Origin: an uncultured Ruminococcus sp.
GTDB taxonomy: Bacteria; Bacillota; Clostridia; Oscillospirales; Ruminococcaceae
Direction of reading: 5' to 3'
Assembly: GCA_900550695.1 (NCBI GenBank)
Contig: URTF01000001.1
Coordinates: 7,896 to 71,895, forward strand
Length of the DNA stretch: 64,000 nt
Below the pieces are notes generated by a model. It was not told the DNA's origin and made no database searches. It saw nothing but the letters and a program-made list of their open reading frames with translations. The position numbers and the translations under genes are program-made. Positions 34,649 to 44,724 of this stretch are shown piece after piece (the stretch's first letter is position 1; each line of letters begins with the position of its first letter).

Positions 34649-36526
34649 TTATGAATCCGAGCCGAAGATGGAAGACTGGCTCTGCATATTGCTCATATAA
34701 GTTTCAAGAGTTGTGAACTGCTTCCAGTAACGCTCCATTTCGTTCTCATATCTTGTCTGGAGGTTATTGATAAGGGTCTGCATATTGTTGATCTGCGAAT
34801 AGAGAGCGTTGTCTTTTTCGGTCGTTGTGTTCTCGATGCCTGCAATGCCCGAAAGATAGCCGACCTTTTTATCTCTTGTGGAGATAGCTCTGTCGATCTC
34901 ATTGTTGAGCGTTGCCGCAAGTCCCTTGTCGGAATCAACAAAGAAGCTTGTTACCTTGTCGCCATAGGTGTTGATAGCGTTTTCAAGCTTATCCTCGTCA
35001 ACAACGAGCTTGCCGTTGCTCTTCCAGTCGGTAGCAAGGCTTATGCCGAGGTCATAAAGCGTGAATCCGTCCACCTTTGCGGAGGACATTGCTCCTCTGA
35101 TGCTCGAAACGAAAGTGGTAAGATAGTTATCCTGATAGAGGAGTCCCTTTTTAGCCTCGTTGTTCCACTTTTCGATCTCGTCCGACTTCATTTCTTCTTC
35201 CTGCTCATCGGTAAGAGGATCGTAGTAAGAGCCGTTCTTCTTCGGACGTGAGGTCTGGATCTCGCCGTAAACATCATCGAGGAGCTGATTGTAAGCGTCG
35301 ATGAACTTTATAACGGTATCTTTTATAGAAGAAGTGTCTTTTTCTGTAGTTACGGTTATCTCGTCAACGCCATCAACGGAGGAATCGAAGTTGCCGAGCT
35401 TGGCAATGTTGAAGGTCGTGCCGTCAAAGCTGTACTCGTTGCTTGCACTTGTGTAGGTGGTATAGTTTTCACCGTCTGTGCTGATAGTAATAGTACCGTT
35501 CTTGCCGTAAGCGTCCTTTTTGGTGAAATCATCACTGCTGTTGAACAGTGAGTTGAGAAGATTTCCGTTTGTCTGTTCAATGTTCAGCTTTCCTGCAGTA
35601 CCCGTTTCGGTCGATTCGAGCTTAAAGCTCTGCGTCATTGTGCTGAACGAAGCTTTTACACCGATATCAGCCTTGTTTATGGCATTTATGACATCACCGA
35701 TAGTATTGCTCTTTTCAAAGGTGAATTTTTCGCCGTTTATGGAGAACTCAAACTTATCACCGTTGAGTGCGGTATTGAAAGCCGCATCACTGAGCTTTGT
35801 CGTTGTACCCATCGTGCTGCCGACAGTGTTTGAAAGACCTACAGCTTCGCTGTTGTACTTGATGCTGAATGTATGTCTTATGCCATCATTTGCATTGTTG
35901 AAAACGAGGGTCGACGTTCCGTCCTTGAATTCAAAGCCCTGAGCGTCAGTCTTGATATCCTTGAAGGTATTGTTTGCGGCTTCAAGGAAGTTTGCCTTTG
36001 CTGTGTCTGCATCGGTGCTTCCCTTAAATGTCACATCTCTCGTTGTGCCGTTGTAGGTCATCTGTACGGTGTATTCCTTGCCGTCAACGTTCTTGCTGAA
36101 ATCAAGATTGATACGGTCGGTCGATATCGAACCTGCAGACTTTACCTGAGCAGCCGAAGCCGCTGTTGATGCGCTGATGTAATAAGTAGCAGGCGTAGCC
36201 GATGAGTTTGCGGAAACTGCAAGCTTGTCATTCGTGGATTCAGCCTTGTACTTGTTCATAACGGAGTTTGCCTTTATCGAGGTATCGCTGCCCCAGTCAA
36301 GGAACTTCTTCTGAAAATCGGAAATTTTGGAAATGCTTGAACGATAAGCCTCCTGCTTCCACTGTAAGGTCTGAAGCTTCTGCTTTTTCGTGTTAAGTCT
36401 GTTCTTTGTGTTTGCAGCCATTGATTTAACAAGGCTTTCGGTGTCAAGTCCCGACATAAGACCCGACATTCTGTTATTGCTCCATAAGCTGGAGGTCGAT
36501 GATGTTGAAGATGTGCTGCTTGCCAT
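34649..36526 (-). CDS. fliD: Flagellar filament capping protein FliD (start ambiguous: GTG 36544, ATG 36532 or ATG 36526)
   Basis: N-terminal SGLMSGLDTESLVKSM and C-terminal FliD_C-like region (RYWKQFTTLETYMSNMQSQSS). Confidence 0.85.
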   Translation of the reverse strand: MASSTSSTSSTSSLWSNNRMSGLMSGLDTESLVKSMAANTKNRLNTKKQKLQTLQWKQEAYRSSISKISDFQKKFLDWGSDTSIKANSVMNKYKAESTNDKLAVSANSSATPATYYISASTAASAAQVKSAGSISTDRINLDFSKNVDGKEYTVQMTYNGTTRDVTFKGSTDADTAKANFLEAANNTFKDIKTDAQGFEFKDGTSTLVFNNANDGIRHTFSIKYNSEAVGLSNTVGSTMGTTTKLSDAAFNTALNGDKFEFSINGEKFTFEKSNTIGDVINAINKADIGVKASFSTMTQSFKLESTETGTAGKLNIEQTNGNLLNSLFNSSDDFTKKDAYGKNGTITISTDGENYTTYTSASNEYSFDGTTFNIAKLGNFDSSVDGVDEITVTTEKDTSSIKDTVIKFIDAYNQLLDDVYGEIQTSRPKKNGSYYDPLTDEQEEEMKSDEIEKWNNEAKKGLLYQDNYLTTFVSSIRGAMSSAKVDGFTLYDLGISLATDWKSNGKLVVDEDKLENAINTYGDKVTSFFVDSDKGLAATLNNEIDRAISTRDKKVGYLSGIAGIENTTTEKDNALYSQINNMQTLINNLQTRYENEMERYWKQFTTLETYMSNMQSQSSIFGSDS

Positions 36527-36540
36527 ATCCATTCGTCCTT

Positions 36541-36771
36541 TCACTTAGTGTTTTTGTCAAGCAAAGCTGCGAGAATGTCGATGGAAGGCTTATTTATCGC
36601 AGCCTGCATATTGAATTTTTCCGTATCGTAAAGCTCGCTTCGCGCGATCTTGACATTTTCGGGAGCGTCAACGCCTATCCTTATGCGGTCTTTCGATATT
36701 TCAACGACCGTGACCTTGATATTGTCGCCGATGATGATGCTCTCGTCTTTTTTTCTCGAAACGACCAGCAT
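36541..36771 (-). CDS. csrA: Carbon storage regulator CsrA
   Basis: MLVVSRKKDESIIIGDNIKVTVVEI...IRIGVDAP. Confidence 0.92.
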   Translation of the reverse strand: MLVVSRKKDESIIIGDNIKVTVVEISKDRIRIGVDAPENVKIARSELYDTEKFNMQAAINKPSIDILAALLDKNTK

Positions 36772-37203
36772 TTAAGCGCCCTCCTTTTTAAAAGCAGGGA
36801 ACTTCAGCGGATAATTCTCCGCTGCGATGACCTGAACGCCCTTTTTTTCAGCGGAATTTATCACGATCGGGCTTTTGAGATTGAGCGTTGTGTTGATATA
36901 TTCATTCGGAACGACCGCCATGCAGAGAAAATCAAGCTCTGTGCTGTTTCCGCCGAGGAGCTTTTTTGTTTCTGCGTCAAGCTCGACCGAATAATCGGGA
37001 ACGAACTCTCTCGGGTCGAAAACGATGAAGCAAAGGTTCGGATTATCAACGCTTTGCAGCCACATCGGATATTTATCCTCTCCGCATGGCGAAAGCAGCA
37101 CGAACCGCTTGTTTTCTTCAAATGCGTAAACTCCGTTCGGGAAATCTATGATAACTTCCTCGGAAATTTCCTCTTCGCCGAAATCTCTTGTTTTAATAAT
37201 CAT
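36772..37203 (-). CDS. fliW: Flagellar assembly factor FliW
   Basis: 143 aa with the FliW fold signature (IDFPNGVYAFE, FVLL). Directly abuts csrA. Confidence 0.9.
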   Translation of the reverse strand: MIIKTRDFGEEEISEEVIIDFPNGVYAFEENKRFVLLSPCGEDKYPMWLQSVDNPNLCFIVFDPREFVPDYSVELDAETKKLLGGNSTELDFLCMAVVPNEYINTTLNLKSPIVINSAEKKGVQVIAAENYPLKFPAFKKEGA

Positions 37204-37218
37204 ATAAAGATCCTCATT

Positions 37219-37815
37219 TTAGGCTATAACGTCAACTTCACCCTTATAATTCGGGTCTGCGCTTCTCGGGAAATAGAGCGGATCGCCGAGATATTCTATT
37301 TCAAGGTCAGGCATCTGGCTGACTATGAACTCGATATCGCCCGGAATAAACTCAAAGCCGTTTTTAAGATCGGATATCGAGCCGATATCGGAGCTGCTGT
37401 CGCTGCCGATCATACTGTAATTGATGCTGAGTGTTCCGTCATTGTAGCTGATGCTGCTCTCCTTTGATTTCGGGAGCTTGCTGAGAATGGCTTCGATGCT
37501 CTGCGAAGAACTGCGTGAAACGGCTGTTGTGTTCGCAGCCGAAGCTGCTGTGCCGTCCGTGCCGCTCATTTTCGCAACCGCATCATAAGTGAGCGTAAGC
37601 TTGCTCGGCTGAACGTTCGTCGGAACATAGCTGTCGAGCCTCGGAGACGAGATATCGACCTTGTAAGGCTGCGCCGCAACCTTTACTCCGTCCGAACCCC
37701 TTGAGATCTTTACAGACGGCTCGAGCGGATCTGCCTCTCTCGGCTTGAGCTGTGCATTGGTCACATTGACTTCAATTTTAATAGGAATATGCTTGATACT
37801 TAGAAGCTGATCCAT
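37219..37815 (-). CDS. YviE-like protein (DUF6470-type) between flgL and fliW
   Basis: Same position as B. subtilis yviE. No enzymatic motif. Confidence 0.5.
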   Translation of the reverse strand: MDQLLSIKHIPIKIEVNVTNAQLKPREADPLEPSVKISRGSDGVKVAAQPYKVDISSPRLDSYVPTNVQPSKLTLTYDAVAKMSGTDGTAASAANTTAVSRSSSQSIEAILSKLPKSKESSISYNDGTLSINYSMIGSDSSSDIGSISDLKNGFEFIPGDIEFIVSQMPDLEIEYLGDPLYFPRSADPNYKGEVDVIA

Positions 37816-37841
37816 AATTTATCCCCTGCCTTTTGTCTTAA

Positions 37842-39347
37842 TCAACTGATGAAATCAAATATGCTCCTTGGAAGTACATTTGCGCTCAGCTGGAGCATAG
37901 CATTGTATGCAGCCTGCATCGCATTCATGTTGGTTATTTCTTCATTCATATCGCAGCCCTCAACGTCGTTCTGACGCTCGAGGAGGCTTGATTTGTATTC
38001 TTCGTCCTTGTCGAGATAGAATTCTGTGCTCTTATACTTTGAGCCGAGCGTTGTGATCTCGGTAAGAACTCCCGTATTGGCACGGTCGAGAAGATCTATC
38101 GTCGCATTCGCACGGGAAACATCGCCCGAACGGAGTGCGTCAGCCGCATCATATATAAGCTGAACAAAGTTGTTGCTGAACTGCATATCATAAGTAGCCT
38201 TGGAGAACGGATCATCCTTGTTATAGCTTGAATTTACGGCAGAATCAACGGTCGTTGAGCCCGTGCCTGTGATCTTCGCACCGTTCATGCTCACATCAAT
38301 GGCTGTTCCTTCCTGAACCTCGCCCTTGTCATTATACTTAATGCCAAGACCGATATCAACATATATCGGTTTGCAGCCGCCTACCTCGCCCGTGTAGATC
38401 TTAAAGTAGTTATTTCCGTCCTTTATAACAGTTCCGTCGCCCTTGGAAGCGTTGTAGTCGTCCTCGGTAGCGGCTTCCTTTGTATAATAGCGGAAGCCCT
38501 TTTCGTAATATTTTGTGACCGTTTCGGTCTTGTAAAACTTTCCGTCCTTTGTGCTGTAAGCAGGATCGTTGGGGTTGTATTCATCGGCGGAAACTTCCTT
38601 TGTGATATCGTGTGATTCTTTTCTTACGGCGTCGGGGTCAGCGGCATTTGCACCCTTTCCGTTGACGATATCGTTATACTCCGCTTCGGTGATCTCCTTG
38701 TCATAGCCCTGATCGCAGGCTATTCTCATAACGGTATCATTATCGCCCGCTTTTACGGCAGCGTAATAATCGTCCTTGGAGATACGGTTCATATAATGAG
38801 TGCCGTCTGCGCTGATATCATCAACAGGGATACCGTTGTATGTAACGATCTTGTGTCCCGTTACGGGGTCAAGAACGTCTGTGATGCCGTCAGCTTCCTT
38901 CAGAGTTCCGAATGCAGGTGAGGAGTTGTTCGTACCGCCAAAAAGTCTGCGCTCGGCATAATCGGAGTTGAGAGTTTTTATAGCACTGTCAGCATACTGG
39001 TCAAGCTCATGTGCGATGATGTCAAGCTGTGTCTGATCGTAAGTGCCGTTGCACGCCTGATCGAGCTTTGTGGAAACATCGATATAGACCTTGTTTGCGA
39101 CTGTGTAAAGATTCTGCTCGGCAGCCTCGTAAAGACCCTTTGTGAGCTTGAGGTTGGAGTCATACATTGAAAGATCCTGAAGATTCTTGCGGACGGTCAT
39201 AGCCTTGCTCGCATTTATCGCATTGTCGGAGGCTCTGAAATAGTCCATCTGCGATTCGATCTTGAGCATACTTTTGGTGTAGCCCGATAAAAGTCTGCTG
39301 CTGTTTTTAAGGTATTTTCTGTCTGCAAAATTCTGCGTTATTCTCAT
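37842..39347 (-). CDS. flgL: Flagellar hook-associated protein 3 FlgL (long form, 501 aa)
   Basis: Flagellin-like N-terminus (MRITQNF) and C-terminus (LQLSANVLPRSIFDFI). Confidence 0.85.
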   Translation of the reverse strand: MRITQNFADRKYLKNSSRLLSGYTKSMLKIESQMDYFRASDNAINASKAMTVRKNLQDLSMYDSNLKLTKGLYEAAEQNLYTVANKVYIDVSTKLDQACNGTYDQTQLDIIAHELDQYADSAIKTLNSDYAERRLFGGTNNSSPAFGTLKEADGITDVLDPVTGHKIVTYNGIPVDDISADGTHYMNRISKDDYYAAVKAGDNDTVMRIACDQGYDKEITEAEYNDIVNGKGANAADPDAVRKESHDITKEVSADEYNPNDPAYSTKDGKFYKTETVTKYYEKGFRYYTKEAATEDDYNASKGDGTVIKDGNNYFKIYTGEVGGCKPIYVDIGLGIKYNDKGEVQEGTAIDVSMNGAKITGTGSTTVDSAVNSSYNKDDPFSKATYDMQFSNNFVQLIYDAADALRSGDVSRANATIDLLDRANTGVLTEITTLGSKYKSTEFYLDKDEEYKSSLLERQNDVEGCDMNEEITNMNAMQAAYNAMLQLSANVLPRSIFDFIS

Positions 39348-39364
39348 TTTCTATCGTCCTTCCG

Positions 39365-41536
39365 TTACCTGCCGACAACGCCCATGTCGTTGATTATCTT
39401 ATCAAGTGCCTCGTCAAGGGTTGTTACCATTCTTGCGATAGCGTTGTACCATTTCTGATAGTTGAGCATATTGATGCCCTCTTCGTTGACGGAAACGCCC
39501 ATTATCTCATCTCTGGCATCCGAAACGGATTCGAGCATGATGTCGGTCGTTTTGAGTATCTTCGCATTGCCCTCGATCTGTGTGCCGAGGTTGTCGGAGA
39601 TGTGTGAAACGAACTTTTCAAGCGTCATTTTGAGCGGATCTTTCTTGCCTGTTTCATCGTTGCCATATTCGAGTGAAACATTTTCAAATATTGCAAGACA
39701 CTTGTGGATAAAATCGTTGTTGAGTTCATCCATATCGTCTTCCGAGCCATCGTCCTTTGTGAACTGTTCCGGCTGTGCAAGAAGACTCGGGAGCTTTCTC
39801 CAGGTTTCTGTGACCTTTATATCTGCGGCAGCTGTGCGGAAGTTCTTGCTGCCGTTGTCCTTTTCGTATGTGAAAAGTTCAAGCGGATTTCCGTCAGCGT
39901 CCTTGAAATCCTTGTAGATATCGTTGAACGATTTTGTGAGCGTTGCCGTGAACGCATTGAGCATATCACGGTAGTATTCAATGCCCTGAAAATCGTTTGC
40001 ATATTCGGATTGGAGTTTCAAACCTACATTTATATGAGTGAGCGCATTGCCAAGCTTGCTGCCGCTCGGATATTCGTGTGAGTCGGTGGGGAGGTCGACA
40101 CTGTCGTTCCTTACCGTATTTTCGATAGCTTCCTCATCTCCGACAGCGTCCCAGGCAGCCTCGTTTCTCGTTCCGTCCGAGATCACGAAGGCGAGGTTTG
40201 ACGGATCGTCCGGGTCTTTTATGGCTATCTGTGCATAACCGTTTCCGTCAACGGCTGTCTTTCCGCAGAATTTAACGGTAAAATCATCTTCATTGAATTC
40301 AGCGCTGCCGTAATTTTCAAGCTTTCTCAAAGCTGAATTGAGATCTGCTCTGCTGGCAGCATTTCCGTTTTTGACTTCGTTAACGTATTTGCTGACTTCC
40401 TTGATGATCTCATTTACTTCACTCGGATAGAACTTGATCTCCGAGTCGAACTTCGTAGTATCGGGGGCATTGAAAACGCCTTCGCCGTTGTATACGTCAA
40501 GATAGCCTCGGAGCGCACCGCCCTTGAGCTTGTCTGTACCGGTTATATTTATGGCGCTTGCGGTCTTATTGGCATATTCTCTGTTGGTCATGCCCTTATC
40601 AGCGGCAAGCTTTTTCCAGAGGTCGGCATTCATAAGTCCGTCATAGCGGTCTTCTTTTTTGATATAAGTGCCTGCGTCCGTGATCTTGAAGCCCATATAA
40701 AGCGGATCGGGATCTTCAACGATCATTGCCATCTGTGCATATTCATCATTATGTACAGCGACCTGACCTGCAAAGGTAACAGTGAACGAACCGTTGCTCT
40801 CTTCATTGAATGTAACGTCACCGAACGAAGCAAGCTCATCTATAAGGAGGTTCATCTGGTCTTTGAGTTCAAGAGGGCCATAGTCGTTATCGACCTGATA
40901 GCTGTTTGCGGTCATCTCCATATAGTTCATCTGAACATAGCTGTTTGTGATCTGCTTGTTGAGGTTAGCCATGCTCTCAAAGATCCTGTTCACACGGTCA
41001 ACGGAGATATTCGCATCGCTTTTCGTCTGTTCTGATATATCGTCAAGACGGGAATTCATATAGCGGATCTGCTGTGTAACGGATTCAGCCGCACGGAATG
41101 TAACGTTCGCAAGCTCTTTTCTGTTTGCCTCGTCTGTAGCAAAGCTCTGAAGAGCTGACTTGAAGTTAGCAAGGTTAGCGGCGAAACCGTATACTTTGGA
41201 TTCAATGTTGTCGAGAGCGGTCTCGACATCTTTCATAACAACGTCTTTGATATTGTAGTTGTTGTCAAGGGTTGTATAGCTTCTTACCTTTTCATCGATA
41301 AGAGCATCTCTGTACTGACCTACACCTACATTGTCAACGCCCTGTCCGGCGAGGCTCACGCCCGTATTGTACAGAAGATTGTAGCCCGTGTTAGCTATGG
41401 AGCAAACGTCAAGTCTCTGACGGGAATAACCTGCCGTTTTAACGTTGCTGATGTTGTTGCCTGTTATATCAAGAGCCTTCTGCGCAGAATTGAGTGCTTC
41501 TCTCTGCACATACAGTCCCATAAAGCTCGAAGCCAT
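39365..41536 (-). CDS. flgK: Flagellar hook-associated protein 1 FlgK
   Basis: N-terminal SFMGLYVQREALNSAQKALDITGNNISNVKTAGYSRQ and the conserved C-terminal helix. Confidence 0.88.
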   Translation of the reverse strand: MASSFMGLYVQREALNSAQKALDITGNNISNVKTAGYSRQRLDVCSIANTGYNLLYNTGVSLAGQGVDNVGVGQYRDALIDEKVRSYTTLDNNYNIKDVVMKDVETALDNIESKVYGFAANLANFKSALQSFATDEANRKELANVTFRAAESVTQQIRYMNSRLDDISEQTKSDANISVDRVNRIFESMANLNKQITNSYVQMNYMEMTANSYQVDNDYGPLELKDQMNLLIDELASFGDVTFNEESNGSFTVTFAGQVAVHNDEYAQMAMIVEDPDPLYMGFKITDAGTYIKKEDRYDGLMNADLWKKLAADKGMTNREYANKTASAINITGTDKLKGGALRGYLDVYNGEGVFNAPDTTKFDSEIKFYPSEVNEIIKEVSKYVNEVKNGNAASRADLNSALRKLENYGSAEFNEDDFTVKFCGKTAVDGNGYAQIAIKDPDDPSNLAFVISDGTRNEAAWDAVGDEEAIENTVRNDSVDLPTDSHEYPSGSKLGNALTHINVGLKLQSEYANDFQGIEYYRDMLNAFTATLTKSFNDIYKDFKDADGNPLELFTYEKDNGSKNFRTAAADIKVTETWRKLPSLLAQPEQFTKDDGSEDDMDELNNDFIHKCLAIFENVSLEYGNDETGKKDPLKMTLEKFVSHISDNLGTQIEGNAKILKTTDIMLESVSDARDEIMGVSVNEEGINMLNYQKWYNAIARMVTTLDEALDKIINDMGVVGR

Positions 41537-41548
41537 TGTTTTTCCTCC

Positions 41549-42004
41549 TCAGACTTTATTCATTATCGCCGAATGTGTGGCGTGTTCGGTCTTAACTCCG
41601 CCCTTGCCGTCATAGGTGTCCAGCTCGGCGGTCTTTCGTTCAACTCTTTTGAGCCTGCCCGTGATGATGACATTTGCAAGATCGTTGAGTTCCTTTATCT
41701 TCATAACGCAGGCGGAAAGCTCCTCGTACTGTCCCTCCAGCCTTTTCCTGCAGGAGATCGGAGCTTTTTCGATTATTTCCTTAAAAGTGAGATCCTTATC
41801 CTCTCCGAGGATCTCGATGCGCTTTTTCTCCATTGAATTGGACTTCATTATAAGCGCCTGCTCCTTGGAAAGGCTTCGGCTCAGTTCTTCAATTTTATCA
41901 TTGTTGATCATATCGAGCTTGCTGTATTCAAAATCGAGCAGTTCCTTGTAATGAACGATATATTCATTAAAGAACCGAACAAGCTTAAAGTAATCCGCAG
42001 CCAA
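41549..42004 (-). CDS. flgN: FlgN-family flagellar chaperone
   Basis: 151-aa helical protein between flgM and flgK. Confidence 0.65.
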   Translation of the reverse strand: MAADYFKLVRFFNEYIVHYKELLDFEYSKLDMINNDKIEELSRSLSKEQALIMKSNSMEKKRIEILGEDKDLTFKEIIEKAPISCRKRLEGQYEELSACVMKIKELNDLANVIITGRLKRVERKTAELDTYDGKGGVKTEHATHSAIMNKV

Positions 42005-42038
42005 ATCAATTCACCCTTTCCAAAGTATTCGGGAAAAA

Positions 42039-42335
42039 TTATCCCTCAAATATCGATGCCGCAACGCTTTCGGGGGAAACGCTGTAGCTTCCGTCAGCTA
42101 TCCTGCTCCTGAGCGAAGCGATCCTGTCTGCCGAAGCCTCGCTGTCGGCGAACTTCTTTGCGGAAGCCTTTGCAGCTCCCACGCCTGCCGCTCTTGCGCC
42201 TGCGGACATTTCAAACGTATCGACTCTCTTTGCGGAGGAAACGGATACCTTTTTGCCGTCCTTGACACCCGACTTGTAGCTGTTTTCCATCTTTCTGTAT
42301 ATGCCCATTGCATTACCGAGTTTACCAACTTCCAT
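42039..42335 (-). CDS. flgM: Anti-sigma-28 factor FlgM
   Basis: C-terminal IASLRSRIADGSYSVSPESVAASIF. ATG at 42335 lies 7 nt after SD GGGAGG. Confidence 0.8.
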   Translation of the reverse strand: MEVGKLGNAMGIYRKMENSYKSGVKDGKKVSVSSAKRVDTFEMSAGARAAGVGAAKASAKKFADSEASADRIASLRSRIADGSYSVSPESVAASIFEG

Positions 42336-42406
42336 AAAACAGCCTCCCATCATAATTTACTCGATCATCTGCACCTTATCAAAGGCGCTTTTTATCTCTA
42401 TTATTT

Positions 42407-42433
42407 TTATCGGCAGCAACTTTAAAAACTTTA
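42407..42433 (-). promoter_or_regulatory. Sigma-28 (SigD/FliA)-type promoter TAAA-N15-GCCGATAA upstream of flgM
   Basis: Minus-strand cTAAAgtttttaaagttgctGCCGATAA, about 70 nt upstream of flgM. Confidence 0.55.
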
Positions 42434-42571
42434 GCGTCTTTTCTCTCATTTAAAATAAATTTAACATTTTACCGCCTGCAAAAAGCCTATACTGCCCCTT
42501 ACGGAGATATTTTGAAGCAAAATTTGTTCAAACAGCACAAAACATCAGCTGTGCAGCTGCGATTTTTTGTA

Positions 42572-43378
42572 TCAAAGCAAACGCATTTCGGGCTTTCTCT
42601 TCTTGTAGACGGCGTAATATTTAAAGCCGCAGCTTTTTAGCAGTTCACCGCAGTGATCGAATCTGTCGCCGAGCGTTTCGGGAGTGTGAGCGTCCGAGCC
42701 GAGCGTTATAAGCTCGCCGCCAAGCTCCTTAAATCGCCTTAAAACGTCCGTGTTCGGGTTAGGCTCGTCCATTCCCCGTGAAAAAGCACCGCTGTTGCAT
42801 TCAAGAGCCTTTCCGTCCGACACAAGCACACGGAGTATCTCATCGATATAGTCCGAATATTTGCGGTAAGAGTAGCTAAGGCCGTGCTTCTGACCGTAGC
42901 GGACGATATAATCGAGGTGTCCGAGGCTGTCATAGCATTTTATCCGTTTTATGCGTTCGAGCGTGACCTTGAAATAGCGTTCGTAGGAATCAGTGCCGTG
43001 CTTTTCAAAAAACTCGGGAAAATAAGGGTCAATGCCGTCGATAACGTGGTGTGAACCGATGATAAAATCGAGCCAATCATATTTTTTCACAAGTTCATCA
43101 AGATATTCGGCAATGTGAAGCTGCAGACCAAGCTCAACGCCTATCGAAATATCGATAATGCCGCTGTATTTCTCTTTCAATTCGCTCATCTTCGCATAAT
43201 AAGCGTCAAAATCAAGGTTGAAATCAACGTCCGAGACCATATCGTAATCGTGGTGGTCGGTAACGCATATCTCCGTCATTCCGAGCGAGAGCGCACGCTT
43301 GATTTGCTCCTCGGGCGGAGTGTCGCTGTCGCCCGAAAAGCTTGTATGAAAATGCTGGTCGGCATAGTATCTATCCAT
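42572..43378 (-). CDS. PHP-family histidinol-phosphatase (HisJ/HisK type)
   Basis: N-terminal DQHFHTSFSGDS and TDHHD, and C-terminal GSDAH metal motifs. Confidence 0.8.
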   Translation of the reverse strand: MDRYYADQHFHTSFSGDSDTPPEEQIKRALSLGMTEICVTDHHDYDMVSDVDFNLDFDAYYAKMSELKEKYSGIIDISIGVELGLQLHIAEYLDELVKKYDWLDFIIGSHHVIDGIDPYFPEFFEKHGTDSYERYFKVTLERIKRIKCYDSLGHLDYIVRYGQKHGLSYSYRKYSDYIDEILRVLVSDGKALECNSGAFSRGMDEPNPNTDVLRRFKELGGELITLGSDAHTPETLGDRFDHCGELLKSCGFKYYAVYKKRKPEMRLL

Positions 43379-43512
43379 TGAAAAGACCCTTTCGCAGTGA
43401 AATTTTCTTTATTATACCATATTTATGTTGGTTTGGCAAATAAAAACTTGCATTTGCTCCAAAAATATGATATACTTATTAATAAATTCAATCAAAAAGG
43501 AGCTGCTGTATT

Positions 43513-44391
43513 ATGAGCAAAGTGAAAATTATGACCGACTCCGCAAGCGACATTTCGCTTGAGCAGGCAGAAAAATATGATATTGCCCTCGTTAATTTCT
43601 GGATAATCGTAGGTGAACGCAGCCTTCGTGAACACGTTGAATATTCGACCAAGGAATTCTATAAGCTTATGGACGAAGTGGACGAAATGCCCCACACCTC
43701 GCAGATACGCGTTGAAGACTATATCGGCGAGTATGAGAAGCAGTATAACGACGGCGTTACCGACCTCATCAATGTCGTTATCGCTTCTATCGGCTCGAAT
43801 TCGTTCAACAATGCCAATGCCGCAAAGGAAAAGTTCTACGAGCTTCACCCCGAAGCAAAGGATAAAATGAACATCACCGTTATGGACAGCAAGGGTTACA
43901 CGGGCGTTTACGGACTTCCCGTTATGCAGGCGGCAAAGAAGATACAGAAGGGTGCGTCCGCCGATGAGATCATCGCATACCTCACCGACTGGTTCGACAG
44001 CGGCATAATCATCTGCACGGCATATACCCTTAAATATGCGAAGAAATCGGGACGTGTTGGCTGTGCGACCGCATTCGTAGGCGAAATGCTCGGACTGAAG
44101 CCTATCATCACATTCACGGACGCAGTTTCTGAGACCGTTGCAAAGATAAGAGGAGAAAAAGCCGTTCTCCCGAAAATGGTAGAGTATGCGACCGAGCATA
44201 TGATCCCGGGAACAGCTTATGCTATCCTCGACGGCAGCCGCCCCGAGCTTACGGAAGAATTAACAAAGCTTATGAAAAAAGCTGTCGGCTATGACCCCGA
44301 GGAGATATGCGAAGTCGGAGCGACTATCTCCTGCCATCTCGGACACGAAGTATCGGGAATCATTGTTAAATGCCCGAACAGAAAGACGTAA
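43513..44391 (+). CDS. DegV family fatty-acid-binding protein
   Basis: KIMTDSASDIS start and typical DegV length and sequence. Confidence 0.88.
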   Translation: MSKVKIMTDSASDISLEQAEKYDIALVNFWIIVGERSLREHVEYSTKEFYKLMDEVDEMPHTSQIRVEDYIGEYEKQYNDGVTDLINVVIASIGSNSFNNANAAKEKFYELHPEAKDKMNITVMDSKGYTGVYGLPVMQAAKKIQKGASADEIIAYLTDWFDSGIIICTAYTLKYAKKSGRVGCATAFVGEMLGLKPIITFTDAVSETVAKIRGEKAVLPKMVEYATEHMIPGTAYAILDGSRPELTEELTKLMKKAVGYDPEEICEVGATISCHLGHEVSGIIVKCPNRKT

Positions 44392-44396
44392 GAAAA

Positions 44397-44427
44397 ATTC
44401 GGAATTCGGAATGAGGAATTCGGAATT
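44397..44427 (+). repeat. AATTCGG-type short tandem repeat just after the degV stop
   Basis: aattcggaattcggaatgaggaattcggaatt. Related in form to the TAAT(G/T)CG arrays. Confidence 0.6.
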
Positions 44428-44585
44428 ATTTATATTCTGCATATTTGTCACGAAAACCTTAATTCCGTAGGGGCGGATTCCATATCCGCCAGTTGCAAGC
44501 CCTTTATTTTAGGCAAAGTTTCTGTATGGGACGTGTTTCCCGTCCCAATTTGCGAAACGATTTTCGGCAGCAATTATTCACAAAG

Positions 44586-44640
44586 AAAACACCCCTGTTT
44601 TCATCGGATAAAACCGTTGAAAACAGGGGTGTTCGTTTAT
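44586..44640. terminator. Strong intrinsic terminator hairpin in convergent intergenic region
   Basis: 15-bp stem aacacccctgttttc/gaaaacaggggtgtt. Confidence 0.65.
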
Positions 44641-44707
44641 TGTGAAACACATTGCGGCGTGGTACGGGAAATCTGTCCCTACGATCTGCGGCAATTTACG
44701 GAGCAAA

Positions 44708-44724
44708 CTAATTACGAATTATCA
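44708..44724 (-). repeat. TGATAATTCGTAATTAG motif at the stop codon of the FapA-like gene
   Basis: Read directly on the minus strand. Confidence 0.55.

Noticed and set aside
36499-37467. 322-aa plus-strand ORF
   Set aside because: It is antisense to csrA, fliW and the yviE-like gene, all of which are recognisable. It has no RBS or motifs.
43492-44199. 235-aa minus-strand ORF
   Set aside because: It is antisense to the well-supported DegV gene.
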